63,072 bases of DNA, filler included, from Octopus bimaculoides (GCF_001194135.2; 9 parts of 8 records of this genome joined end to end with filler, not necessarily neighbours in it); one strand, 5' to 3'. Positions 13,184 to 25,420 are shown, numbered from the whole stretch's first letter. Translations and numbers: made by a program. The notes: generated by a model from the letters alone, not told the origin.

Positions 13184-14343
13184 CAGAAACAGCATGTGTA
13201 TGTGAGAGCGTTCATCAGTGTCTGCGTGCATTACACATTTTCATTTCCTGGTAGCATTTTTTAAATTTCAGTTGATAAATCATAAGATAACACATGCTAC
13301 CTAATACATGCAGATTAATAGAGTTAGAGATTCCGTCAATATTACCATTGAACAGGCATTTAAATACAGTAATAAACTATAGATGATACCAAAACCGTCA
13401 TATAATGCGGTGAGACACAGCATGATATGATTGTATGATCTTGTATATTAAAACCATGCAAATAATTACGCGATATTTTCTAACATTTCTTTTGAGAGAA
13501 GAAACCTAGGTGCTGATTCGTGGTAGATCATTGACCCTTTTAACAGCCGAGCCTGTCATATGCATATGACTTCTAATATATAAATATAGCGGGAAGCTAT
13601 TGCTGTCGAAGTAAAACTTATTATATTTTATTCATGCGATAGAAAACGCAATCTAAATTCTCAGCTTGTTGCTTATTTGTGTATTCCAGCACAACTCCAA
13701 CCGAAATCATTCACTAGATATATATATATATATATACCTAAGACTACATTACCGAACGTGTCTAATTATTCTCAAGAGAGAATGGTTTTATTCGTATCCC
13801 CACGTATGTGTTCATGCGCCTGTTTCCATGTACACGTACGCGCTCACACGCACGTATATGAATTGAATGATTTCAAAATATCACTATTTGGTTCGACTTC
13901 ATTATTACAACTTATACGACTCAAAGCTAGTACTGACTGACTCAACCAACCTTCGCACTGATAAAAAGGGATAACCATCCCTCTGTTACACATCCATTAA
14001 TATTATGTCGCCTGATGAAAGGAATCCATAAAGAAGATGAACCAGATGTCCACGAGTACTACGGACTACACTGTAATCATCCCACGAATATGGACTGTGA
14101 TCTTAAAAGTAATGTGATTTGGGAAATTCCGTCCAAGAATTATTGTTATTACTATATTCATCCTACATTAAATTGATATAGCTTGATCAACCCCCAAAAA
14201 CTGGTTCACCAGTCAGCATAGCATCATTAGATTGTGGCTGACATAACGGAATAGGAGTTTTATTTGCTTATTCAAAACGTTCCACGTAAATATATTTAGA
14301 AGATATATTATATATATATATATTCATGCATGTGTGTGTATGA

Positions 14344-14433
<90 letters not shown>

Positions 14434-14436
14434 GTA

Positions 14437-14870
14437 TCAGGTTGTTGGCAAGAAAGTAATTTCGGTTTTTTAATGTAAAATAAAAGTCATTTCTTTTCAT
14501 ACAAACAATGAACTTTGGTCATCTTTGAATGAAAAATCTCAAGAACGGAAATTTTTAAAACCATTTCTGACATGCGAATTCTGTTAAGTAACACCATAAG
14601 TTTCACATATTTCTTTGTGAGCCTCAGCAGCTCTCTTGCCTTTGCGGAAATAAAAGGGCAAAATATGGCGAAAATGTTCGTTTTTACACTCGATGTTAAA
14701 ATTGACACCGAGCTAACAGCTGTAAACAAAATTATGCACAATTTGTTTCTAAAGTGAGCTAAAAGTAACGGCTATCAAACGGCAAAAGGAAAAAATAATA
14801 ACATTGACAACAGTCACTAAAAAATCGTAAATCTATTGCGAAAAACGAAATAAATTTCTTGCCAACCCAA
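14437..14870 (-). mobile_element. Non-autonomous mariner derivative (MITE-like internal deletion of the 33263-34488 family)
   Basis: TA-flanked ~30-bp TIRs (ttggcaagaaagtaatttcggtttt / aaaaacgaaataaatttcttgccaacccaa). The body aligns to both ends of the 33.3-34.5 kb element. Confidence 0.9.
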
Positions 14871-15207
14871 TATATACGTACAAACAATTATAAATAAGAG
14901 CAAAAAGAAAAATTTCTTTACCAATACACTGAAAAATACTCACTAAATCGTCTAACCACAGAACATATTTTCACTTATATTATTACACCAAGTGTAAATT
15001 TTATCCTTATATTAGAAGTAAATCAATTCTCATTCAAGTCGCGACTGGTTAACCACTTGTATGCATTTCCTGACCGACTACACTTGTGTCGAGGTTTGCT
15101 ACGGAATTTCTATTTGGATATATTTGGGGTACTTAAATGTATTCACGACTTTGTACCTGCTTTTCCGTGGGTATGTCTCAGCATTTCATTTATTTTTCAT
15201 TTTGTTT

Positions 15208-15269
15208 TCCTCGCTGATGAAGGAAGAATCCTTTATGGATTAATCCAGAAATCGGAACCGATTCGAGGA
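15208..15269 (+). ncRNA. Type I hammerhead ribozyme-like motif
   Basis: Stem I TCCTCG/CGAGGA (6 bp). CTGATGA 15214-15220. Stem II A-GGA-AG-AATCC-TTTAT-GGATT-AA-TCC-A. GAAA 15248-15251. Stem III TCG-GAAC-CGA. AUU site ending at 15263. (TA)n follows ~160 nt later. Confidence 0.75.
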
Positions 15270-15426
15270 TAGCTGTATTTTTATGAATTTCTGTTAGCTT
15301 GGTTTCCTCTTTTCGACACGTGGCGTAATAATATAAGTGAAGATATTTTCTGTGGTTGGACGATTTAGTGTTTATTTTTCAGCATATTGGCTAAGAATTT
15401 TTTTTATTTTTGCCCTTATTTATAAT

Positions 15427-15466
<40 letters not shown>

Positions 15467-15510
15467 NNNNNNNNNNNNNNNNNNNNNNNNNNNNNNNNNN
15501 NNNNNNNNNN

Positions 15511-15522
15511 TTAATTAATTAA
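15511..15522. other. Artificial six-frame-stop linker TTAATTAATTAA inside a 100-bp gap (also 17825, 32932, 43430, 50192, 55444, 59594, 61444)
   Basis: The identical 12-mer sits between N runs at eight positions (44 N + 12 + 44 N where counted). Confidence 0.95.
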
Positions 15523-15778
15523 NNNNNNNNNNNNNNNNNNNNNNNNNNNNNNNNNNNNNNNNNNNNATGGCCGCAGTCAAATGACTGAAACAAGTAAAAG
15601 AGTAAAAGAGTATGAACTGGATGGTCTTGCTGTCACTGACACTTACCCGTTTCCAAGTTAGATTATATTTCCTCATAGCCAGTTATGTTTCCAGAAAGCT
15701 TTCACAACGGAGGACAGAGCTTGTATGATATACACACTTGTCAGTGACTGTGATATCATGTCAAACCATTGTTAATAT

Positions 15779-16100
15779 TGGCGCTCCGTCGCTTACGACG
15801 TCGAGGGTTCCAGTTGATCCGATCAATGGAACAGCCTGCTTGTGAAATTAATGTGCAAGTGGCTGAGCACTCTACAGACATGTGTACCCTTAACATAGTT
15901 CTCGGGGATATTCAGCGTGACATAGTGTGACAAGGCTGACCCATTTGAATTACAGGCACAACAGAAACTGGAAGAAAGAGTGAGAGAAAGTTGTGGTGAA
16001 AGAGTACAGCAGGGTTCGCTACTATCCCTTGCCGGAGCCTCGTGGAGCTTTAGGTGTTTTCGCTCAATAAACAATCACAACGCTCGGTCTAAGAATCGAA
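15779..16100 (-). mobile_element. SINE family B (tRNA-like head; ...ggaaccctcgtcgtcgtaagcgacggagtgcc tail)
   Basis: Reverse complement of 24216-24599. The head is lost in a gap. Confidence 0.9.
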
Positions 16101-16811
16101 NNNNNNNNNNNNNNNNNNNNNNNNNNNNNNNNNNNNNNNNNNNNNNNNNNNNNNNNNNNNNNNNNNNNNNNNNNNNNNNNNNNNNNNNNNNNNNNNNNNN
16201 NNNNNNNNNNNNNNNNNNNNNNNNNNNNNNNNNNNNNNNNNNNNNNNNNNNNNNNNNNNNNNNNNNNNNNNNNNNNNNNNNNNNNNNNNNNNNNNNNNNN
16301 NNNNNNNNNNNNNNNNNNNNNNNNNNNNNNNNNNNNNNNNNNNNNNNNNNNNNNNNNNNNNNNNNNNNNNNNNNNNNNNNNNNNNNNNNNNNNNNNNNNN
16401 NNNNNNNNNNNNNNNNNNNNNNNNNNNNNNNNNNNNNNNNNNNNNNNNNNNNNNNNNNNNNNNNNNNNNNNNNNNNNNNNNNNNNNNNNNNNNNNNNNNN
16501 NNNNNNNNNNNNNNNNNNNNNNNNNNNNNNNNNNNNNNNNNNNNNNNNNNNNNNNNNNNNNNNNNNNNNNNNNNNNNNNNNNNNNNNNNNNNNNNNNNNN
16601 NNNNNNNNNNNNNNNNNNNNNNNNNNNNNNNNNNNNNNNNNNNNNNNNNNNNNNNNNNNNNNNNNNNNNNNNNNNNNNNNNNNNNNNNNNNNNNNNNNNN
16701 NNNNNNNNNNNNNNNNNNNNNNNNNNNNNNNNNNNNNNNNNNNNNNNNNNNNNNNNNNNNNNNNNNNNNNNNNNNNNNNNNNNNNNNNNNNNNNNNNNNN
16801 NNNNNNNNNNN

Positions 16812-17168
16812 AACCACATTGTTCCAGGTTCAGTCCCACTGCGTGGCACCTTGGGCAAGTGTCTTCTATAACCTCGGGCCAACCAAAGCCTTGTGAGTGG
16901 ATTTGGTAGACGGAAACTGAAAGAAGCCTGTCGTATATATGTATATATATATATCTGTGTGTGTGTGTGTATATGTTTGTCCCCCCAACATCGCTTGACA
17001 ACCAATGCTGGTGTGTTTACGTACCCATAACTTAGCGGTTCAGCAAAAGAGACCGATAGAATAAGTACTAGGCATCCAAAGAATAAGTCCTGGGGTCGAT
17101 TTGCTCGACTAAAGGCGGTGCTCCAGCATGGCCACAGTCAAATGACTGAAACAAGTAAAAAAGTAAAA
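16812..17168 (+). mobile_element. SINE family A
   Basis: High-identity family sequence; the extreme 5' end lies in a gap. Confidence 0.9.
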
Positions 17169-18013
17169 GAATATCTATAAGTGAATTCTCCCATGAGTTT
17201 CTCATTATTATAGCCATAAGTGTATCCAGACATGATTTGATTTCAGTGGTGACGTTTTGTGTAGCAGCAGTCACACTTTTGAGAAATGATGACAGAAGAC
17301 ACATGGTGCAAATGTTTGCAGCAAATTCAGTGAATCACATATCTGAGGGTATTTTCTTAGAGTTTTCCATCTTCTAGTTTAGATGCACTTGACTTGGCTT
17401 AGAGTCCAACCTGTAATCATCTGAAAAATGCAAACCAGAGACCAAATCAGAAATTTGTAAATTCTCACATATATAAATTTAATGTAATTGAATGAATTGT
17501 GCCTCCTCTGACTTCATCAAACCTTTGACAGATCTTGTTTTCCATTCTTCAGTGCATCCACAAAGCATCCTACCCACCAAGCAGTCCTAGAGTTTTTGCC
17601 AGTTTAGTCACTGACAGTTTGGATATACACAATTGGCAATCATGATTGACCTGCCATATTATATATGAATTAATTGTGTTGCTAATTTGATCTTTGCATG
17701 TAATTATCATCAGGATCCTCAATAATTCCATTTGGTTTCTTTCATTTTTGTATATTTTTTCTATACAGGTATCTTAAATANNNNNNNNNNNNNNNNNNNN
17801 NNNNNNNNNNNNNNNNNNNNNNNNTTAATTAATTAANNNNNNNNNNNNNNNNNNNNNNNNNNNNNNNNNNNNNNNNNNNNGCAGTGATTCCTGATGGGCC
17901 GGGGGCTTTCCCGGTCTTCATACTCTTAATTGCTTTATCTACCCTGGTACTATCAACTCGGATAGCTGGTCCCTCTATTGGGTCGACATAAGGCAGGCTC
18001 TCTTTCTCCCATT

Positions 18014-18057
<44 letters not shown>

Positions 18058-18784
18058 TAAGATATTTAGAGGAAAATAGCAAAGATAGAAAAGTATTTAA
18101 AAATGAGTTGCCAAAACATTATATATATTATATAAATGCTATAAGGACCTACTGAATCATGGTTTAGAATAAGCCTGACTGCAATCAAGACTTTTTAGAG
18201 AACAACTAAGCTAGTGTATCAGTTTATCGATCTTACAGTGAAGTAGGGGCCCCATGAATTTCTAAGAGACCCCTGTTTCACAAGTAATTAATAAACAAAA
18301 AAAAACCTGAGGGCTGCCATGTATTTTTAGAGAGTTGTAAGAGGCCCCAAAGATCAGTCTTGTGTAGCTCTTCATAATTTCTCAGAGAAACCAAAGTTAC
18401 AGTGACAGGAACCACTGTAAGCATAAATAAATTATTGTGCTTATATTGCAAAGCAATTATGATATTAGATATTTGAAATTACATCTCTAGAATTATTGGC
18501 TAATCAGTTGAAAGCATATATTGCATTTAATTAGGTATTGTGATCACACTGCATCTACTACTTCAAATGAAGCCATTATAGTTTCTCAAATTAAAAGAAA
18601 TAAGCAAGTTATAATAGTAGTTTGTTAATTATTTTAAAGCAACTTCTGTTATAAACTACTTAATAGCTTTATAGATAAAGTATAGAAGAATAGTATTTGT
18701 GTCTGTATAGAAGTGTGTGTGCTTATATACATACATGCATATGTGCATGTTGTGTGCACATATACACACACACAATTGTGTGAG

Positions 18785-18955
18785 TGGTGCAGGCATTGCT
18801 ATGTAGTTAAGAAGATTGCTTTCCAACCATATAATCTTGGGTTCCAAGACTATATGGTACCTTGGGCAAGTTATTTCCTGCTATAACCCAGGGTTGATCA
18901 ATACCTTTGAACTGTGAGTAGATACGGCAGAGAGAAACTGAAAGAAACTTACTGT
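18785..18955 (+). mobile_element. SINE family A, 5' half, diverged
   Basis: ggtgcaggcattgctatgtagttaag...ccttgggcaag...gaaactgaaagaa. Confidence 0.75.
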
Positions 18956-19032
18956 GAGTGAGTGTGTGCGTGTGTTTGTGTGTATGCGTGTATATATGCA
19001 TACACATATATAAGTATGAGTGTGTATGTGTA

Positions 19033-19093
<61 letters not shown>

Positions 19094-19550
19094 NNNNNNN
19101 NNNNNNNNNNNNNNNNNNNNNNNNNNNNNNNNNNNNNNNNNNNNNNNNNNNNNNNNNNNNNNNNNNNNNNNNNNNNNNNNNNNNNNNNNNNNNNNNNNNN
19201 NNNNNNNNNNNNNNNNNNNNNNNNNNNNNNNNNNNNNNNNNNNNNNNNNNNNNNNNNNNNNNNNNNNNNNNNNNNNNNNNNNNNNNNNNNNNNNNNNNNN
19301 NNNNNNNNNNNNNNNNNNNNNNNNNNNNNNNNNNNNNNNNNNNNNNNNNNNNNNNNNNNNNNNNNNNNNNNNNNNNNNNNNNNNNNNNNNNNNNNNNNNN
19401 NNNNNNNNNNNNNNNNNNNNNNNATATATATATATATATATATATATACTGAGGGTGATAAATTGAATATTAATTTAATTAACATCAATTTAAAACCAGT
19501 GGCCTAGCATATAAAAAAATCTGAAAATTCAGAAAAATTGTATTGCATGC

Positions 19551-19708
19551 GTATAAGAAGAGATGACCACTAAGTGGACATCCAATATGCTAGAAAAATA
19601 TCACCTATGATCTAACCACAAAGAAAAGAATGTTCTCTTTGTGGTTAGATCATAGGTGATATTTTCTAGCATATTGGATGTCCACTTAGTGGTCATCCAT
19701 TCTTATAC
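19551..19708. repeat. Near-perfect foldback (two ~77-bp arms, 5-nt loop)
   Basis: gtataagaa..gatgaccactaagtggacatccaatatgctagaaaa(a)tatcacctatgatctaaccacaaag is followed by its reverse complement with ~3 mismatches and 1 indel. Confidence 0.95.
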
Positions 19709-20180
19709 TGACCAATCTCACTCACCTCTTGTATCATCGCGGTATTTGAGAGGGTCGTGAGATCACGGACAACCCACTTTCTTGAAAGCAACAGACTGCT
19801 GAACCCCAACCAACATGAGTTCCGTAATGGAAAAAACTGCCTAAAACAGCTCCTGCATCATCTTGATGACATTTTGAGAGCTTTGGGGGAGGGCTCCAAC
19901 ACCGATGTCACCTACCTTGATTTTAGCAAGGCCTTTGACAGGGTGGATCATAAGACCCCCTCGAATAAACTATCCAACACTGGTGTCTCTAGAAAGTCAC
20001 TACAATGGATCAAGTGTTTCCTGGCAGGCAGAACCCAACATGTAGTTAAAGGAGTAAAATCAAGCCCAGCCAAAGTCAGTAGTGGTGTTCCACAAGGCAC
20101 TGTGTTGGGCCCACTTCTTTTCATCATCTACATCAATGACATTACTGACATCATCAAGAACAGTAACATTAAATTTTCTT
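19706..20180 (+). mobile_element. CR1/L2-type LINE reverse transcriptase fragment
   Basis: Y*PISLTS...FLESNRLLNPNQHEFR...YLDFSKAFDRVDH...SGVPQGTVLGPLLFIIYINDI. These are canonical non-LTR RT motifs, truncated before YADD. Confidence 0.92.
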
Positions 20181-20321
20181 AATTTTTTAATTTTTAAAAA
20201 TATATTTGTAATTCATATATTTTTATATTTTTATTATATTCTTATTTTTCTATTTAATATGACTTCTAATATGTATTTTTAACTTTGGTCCGTTAATAAT
20301 AATAATAACAATAAGATAAAT

Positions 20322-20401
20322 TGCTTGAAGACACACTGGTGGTTTCATGTATTAGGTATAACCTTGATAAACACCCTACCATCGCAGAAACACGTGTAGC
20401 A
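20322..20401 (+). ncRNA. Degenerate type I hammerhead-like motif
   Basis: TGC-TTGAAGA(20325-20331)...CTACCATCGC-A-GAAA(20387-20390)-CACGTG-TA-GCA. C3 is changed to U and stem II is partly eroded. Confidence 0.55.
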
Positions 20402-21364
20402 TTGATTAAAAATATTTTCTTTTCCCACAGACTAACAGGTAAGTTATATATATTTTTTCAAATATTTTTTCAAATATTTTTTCAAATTATTTTATAATAG
20501 GTTTTTTTAAATGCCTATATTTTTTTATTGGATATAAATTTCTATGTGTATTTCATACAATAAGGTTATCCTGAAATAGGAGTTGCGGTTCTATTGGTAA
20601 AATNNNNNNNNNNNNNNNNNNNNNNNNNNNNNNNNNNNNNNNNNNNNNNNNNNNNNNNNNNNNNNNNNNNNNNNNNNNNNNNNNNNNNNNNNNNNNNNNN
20701 NNNATATGTATGTATATATGTATGTATGTATGTATAGATATATATACATATCAGTTTGTTGAACAAATGAACAAGAATCAAAAGTGAGTGACAGTGGGAA
20801 ATTGAACCTTTACCTCCTAGTTGACACCTTGTTGCATTAACCTCTTTGATACTGGCTATTGGCTTAAAGTATATTTGTGAAATGCACCTTTTCATCCCTT
20901 CCATCATTGAAATCATCTCTCTTTTGATATCGCAACACAGCTGTGTGTCCTCCTTAAAAGAAAATTGATGGTTTTCATTACCTCTGAGCATTGGCCATTG
21001 CTAAATGGTTGCTTACTTTCCCTCTTAAGCTGGCAGAATAAAGATATTTCGTACAAAAATATAGCTTTAGTTTTATGATCTGTTTTTTTTAATACCCAGA
21101 TACATTAGATGAAGCAGTAGCAATTTAGTTTCTTTTTTCATTTATTTTTAACGTTGTTTTGGGTATACTCCTTTTGCTTTCAAGAATTTATATTTTTATT
21201 ACCCATCACCAATTTTTATTTCTGTTCTGCACACTATTGGATTACTCTAGGCTTTAAGCATTAAATAAACATGTTTCCATGCAGATGGGATTACATCAAC
21301 ATTCCTTATTTTTATTTATCTCTTATTTGGTATGCTGTGTTTTTTTTAATATCTACATTTTTTT

Positions 21365-22850
21365 ACAGATAACAATATATTATACTGCTTATATAATTAG
21401 GCTTGCAGCTGTAGATAACTTTCATGTTGTTTTTTATTAAATGACTTACGATATTCCTGATGTGCTGGGAAATTTGCATATGTAGGAGAGACAACTGCAT
21501 TGTTAAGGACATGTGATGCAAATTTAATATATTTACTGAATGGAAGAAAAATCGTAGCATGGTGACTGTCAAAAATATTACTAACAACAGAAATTATATG
21601 GGAATGAATGATATGGGAAAAAACTGTCTTTGATAAATCTCAGTATTTTTGTCTTTATGGCTGAAATAATTAGAGACAGTTTTAGCAATCAGAAATACCC
21701 TTAACTCAACGCATATTGAATTTAAAAGATTTTAGGTTGGTGGATTTTTGTCAGAAGACATTATATTATAAGGCCTATATATAAATTAGGCTTGCAGCTA
21801 TAGCTAACTTTGATGTTATTGTTTATTAAATGACTTATGATATTCCTGTTGTTTTAGGAAATTTGCATATGTAGGAGAAACAACTGTGCTGTTAAGGACA
21901 TGTGATGCAAATTAATTGCATTTACTGAATGGAAGGAAAATTGCAGTGTGCTGTCAAAAATATTTCTAACAACAGAAAGAATATTATTAAAGATATGGGA
22001 AGAGTCAGTCTTTGATAAATCTCAATATTTTTCTCTTTAACATTGAAACAATTAAAGACAGTTTTAGCAATCAGAACTATTCTCAACTCAATGCATACTG
22101 AAAATAAATGCTTGCAGTTTATTACTTTTAACTGAACGTGCCTAGTTTGTTGGATTATTCACAGAAGACAATATATTATAATGCTTATATATAAACTAGG
22201 CTTGTGGCTATTGTTAGCTTTGATGTTACTGTTTATTAAATGACTTATGATATTCTTATTGTATTAGGTAATTTGCATATGTAGGAGAGACAACTGCACT
22301 GTTAAGAACATGTGATGCAAATTTATCATATTTACTAAATGAAAGAAAAGCAGCAGTATGCTAAATGACAAAAATATTTCTAACAATAGAAAGAATACTA
22401 AGAATGATATGAGAAGAATCAGTCTTTGATAAATCTTAATATTCTTGTCTTTATTATTGAAATAATTAATGACAGCTTTAGTACTCAGAAGTACTCTTAA
22501 CTCAGTTATTATTAATTGTATGTTTGCAATTTATTACTGTTAATTGAAAGAATCTAGTTTCTTGGATTTTTTACAGAAGATAATATATTATTAATGTTTA
22601 TATATAAATTAGGCTTGCAGCTATAGTTAACTTTGAGGTTGTTTATTAAAAGACATAATCTTGATAAGTTGGAAAATTTGTATATGCAGGAGAGACTACT
22701 GTGTTGTGACGTGTACGTTTGCTGAGTGGAAGAAAACTCCAATATACTGACTAACAAAGGTTTCTGTAGCGATTGAATATTAAGGAAGATATGAGTAAAA
22801 ACTGTCAGTGATGGGGTTCAGCATCCTTGTCTTCATGGGTGAAATAATCA
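21365..22850. repeat. ~400-bp tandem repeat, ~3.5 diverged units
   Basis: The anchor aggcttg(c/t)(a/g)gct occurs at 21399, 21788, 22198 and 22611 (periods 389, 410, 413). Units also share gaaatttgcatatgtaggag and gtctttgataaatct. Confidence 0.92.
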
Positions 22851-22994
22851 TTTCTACTCCAGGCACAAGGCCTGAAATTTTGAGGGGGGGGGCCTAGTGG
22901 TTTACATCAACTCCAGTACTTTTTTCTAAGCAATCTACCCAGTGCTAACAATTCTATCAGCTCAAAGCATGAATAAGACCAAAAACAACAACAA

Positions 22995-23290
22995 CCATCA
23001 TCATCATAATCATCACTTAGCATCTGCTTTCCATGCTGGCATGGGTTAAATGGTTTGACTGGAACTGGTAAGCCAGAGAGCTGCACCAGGTTCCAATCTG
23101 ATTTGGCATGGTTCCTATGATTGGATGCCCTTCCTAATGCCAACCATTCCAAGAGTGTAATGGGTGCCTTTTGTGTGCTACCTGCACAGGTGACATTTAC
23201 ATGACACTGGCAACATCCACAAATATGGTTTCACTTGGCTTGACGGGTCACCTCAAGCATGGCATATTGCCAAAGGCCTCAATCACTTGT
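22995..23290 (+). mobile_element. SINE-like family E (ctttccatgctggcatggg...ggatgcccttcctaatgccaacc)
   Basis: Matches the reverse copy at 30585-30865 and the fragments at 26110-26160 and 32820-32887. Begins in (CAT)n. Confidence 0.8.
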
Positions 23291-23915
23291 CAAACAATAA
23301 TCCTTACTATAGGCACAAGGCCTGAAATATTGGGTGATAGGACTAATCAATTACATTGACCCCAGTACACAACTGGTACTTATTTCCTCAACCCTCATTC
23401 TCATTCCCATCGTCATCATTATCAATCAGCATCATCATTGTTGCATGATCATCATCATCATTGTTGTCATCAACATCCTCTTCCTCATCTTCCTCACCAT
23501 TATCATCATCATCACCATCACCATCATCATCATCATCACCATCATCTTCATATTCAATATTTAGTGCTACTTACCAGCTAGCTTGAAACAATAACTAATT
23601 TTCGATTTCTTACCCTCCCCCTCCACTCCCCCATAACTAATTAGTGTGTCAATATTGACCCTAATCAATAAAGACAATAGTGGACCAATTAATCTCTAAG
23701 TGAACTTCCTTAATAAATAAATAAACAAATAAATAAATAAATAAATAAATAAAAAACAACTTTTGATTAAAATTCCTCGCCTAAATTATTTCATAAAACG
23801 AGATTTTCTGTCAGAATCTTTAGAAAAAGTAAACATTTAATCGATTCTACTTTTATTTATTGTGCTGGAGTTAACTACTGAGTGGGTACTGGGGTTAGCA
23901 TTTTTGAATGTGTAT

Positions 23916-24190
23916 GAAGGTAAGTGGCCAAGTGGTTAAGGCTTTGGGCTCACAACTGCTAGAGTGCAGTTTCGATTCCTGGACTGGGTGCTGTATTGTT
24001 GATCTTGAGTGAAACACTTCATTTCATGTTATTGCTGTTGAACTCAGCTGGTGAAAACGAGTAATCCTGTGATGGACTGTAATTGTGTCCAGGGGGAGAA
24101 TGTTGCGATACTGTTCATTTATACGCTATGGAAATCAGCTATTTTGCCCTCTGTGTCCGGAGATTCATGACAGTGCAGAGTTCATTTCAT
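23916..24190 (+). mobile_element. SINE family D (tRNA-like head plus CORE-like ttgagcaagacacttt...cagttcactcagctg segment)
   Basis: A/B-box-like head (gtggttaagg...gttcgattcc). A related copy lies at 24611-24960. Confidence 0.7.
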
Positions 24191-24215
24191 AGTATTGCAG
24201 TTCTACTCAGCTGTG

Positions 24216-24599
24216 GTGGAGGTGCAATGGCCCAGTGGTTAGGGCAGCGGACTCGTGGTCAGAGGATCACGGTTTCGATTCCCAGACCAGGCGTTGTGAG
24301 TGTTTATTGAGCGAAAACACCTAAAACTCCGAAGCTCCGACAAGGGATGGTGGCAAACCCTGCTGTATTCTTTCACCACAACTTTCTCTCACTCTTACTT
24401 CCTGTTTCTGTTGTGCCTGTAATTCAAAGGGTCAGCCTTGTCAGACTGTGTCACACTGAATATCCCCGAGAACTACGTTAAGGGTACACGTGTCTGTGGG
24501 GTGCTCAGCCACTTGCACGTTAATTTCACGAGCAGGCTGTTCCGTTGATCGGATCAAATGGAACCCTCATCGTCGTAAGTGATGGAGTGCCAACAACAA
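24216..24599 (+). mobile_element. SINE family B, full length, with 11-bp target-site duplication
   Basis: actcagctgtg at 24205-24215 and 24600-24610 flanks the element exactly. Confidence 0.92.
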
Positions 24600-24610
24600 A
24601 CTCAGCTGTG

Positions 24611-24960
24611 AAGGCACATAGTTCAGTGGTAAGAGCATCAGGTTCATAATCATGAGGCAGTGAGTTCGATTCCTGAACTGTATTGTGTGTTGGTTGTGTT
24701 CTTGAGCAAGACACTTTTTTTCAAATTGCTCCAGTTCACTCATATGTAAAAATGAGTTGCAATGTCACTGGTGCCAAGCTGTAATCAGCCTTTGCCTTTC
24801 CCTTGGACAACATTGGTAGCATGGAGAGAGGAGGCTGGTATAGATGGACAACTGCTGGTTTTTTAGAAACTACCTTGCCTGGACTTGTGCCTTGGAGGGT
24901 AACAATCCTATGGTCATTCTAGGTGCAATCCTATGGTTATTCACGACAGAAGGGGGTCTT
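24611..24960 (+). mobile_element. SINE family D
   Basis: aaggcacatagttcagtggtaagagc...gttcgattcc...ttgagcaagacac...ggtgccaagctg. Confidence 0.8.
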
Positions 24961-25079
24961 TTACACACAGCTGGAAATGAATAACGTTGTGATATTAATC
25001 AATTACGTGTTATGAAAATCAGCTATTTTGCTTTCTGTGTCCTGAGATTCGTGACAGTGCATAGAGAAGGTTTGGAATT

Positions 25080-25420
25080 AGCTACTATTTGAAATGGAGG
25101 TGGGGATAACTGTAAGTTTTGAATTCACAGTTGTATGGAATGGGGTGTGGTGAGGGGTCAGCTCTTGTATGGGTTGTTGGTTAACTGCAGAGCAATAAGG
25201 TCAGTTTTTGGACAGGATAGGTGTTTGTGGAATAAAGATTAGCTGTTGTTTGATATGGAGGTTAATTGCAGGGACAAGTGGTCAGCTGTGGTGTGGGGTC
25301 ATTGGTTAAGTATAAAATAATGAAGATCATTTGTTGCATGGAATAGATATTAGGTGTCTGCTGCTTCAGATTATGGTCAGATGGCTGAGAGGAGAGGTGG
25401 GGGTAGATCTAAGGAATTTG
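25080..25420 (-). mobile_element. Highly decayed Penelope-like GIY-YIG region
   Basis: The reverse strand reads through frameshifts as roughly ..HLISIPCNK...CP.....SCPK..LL....T.RRAD.L...HSI.., resembling the Cys-rich linker plus GIY-YIG of PLEs. Manual alignment only. Confidence 0.35.

Noticed and set aside
13501-13512. GAAA-CCTAGG-TG resembling a hammerhead 3' half
   Set aside because: H17 would be G and no CUGANGA lies upstream.
14013-14060. CTGATGA core
   Set aside because: No stem II, GAAA or stem III follows.
18420-18610. Possible hAT dimerisation-domain relic on the minus strand
   Set aside because: The similarity is only impressionistic across many stops and cannot be supported without a profile search.
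21455-21490. ttcctgatg...gaaatttgcatatgtagga in the tandem unit, echoing the hammerhead at 57
   Set aside because: The core is wrong, there is no stem II, and it is not conserved across units.
21365-22850. CRISPR-like or other prokaryotic array
   Set aside because: Eukaryotic context and long degenerate units without a repeat-spacer structure.
24216-24290. tRNA-like heads (here and in other SINE copies) as tRNA genes
   Set aside because: They continue into SINE bodies and lack a complete cloverleaf.
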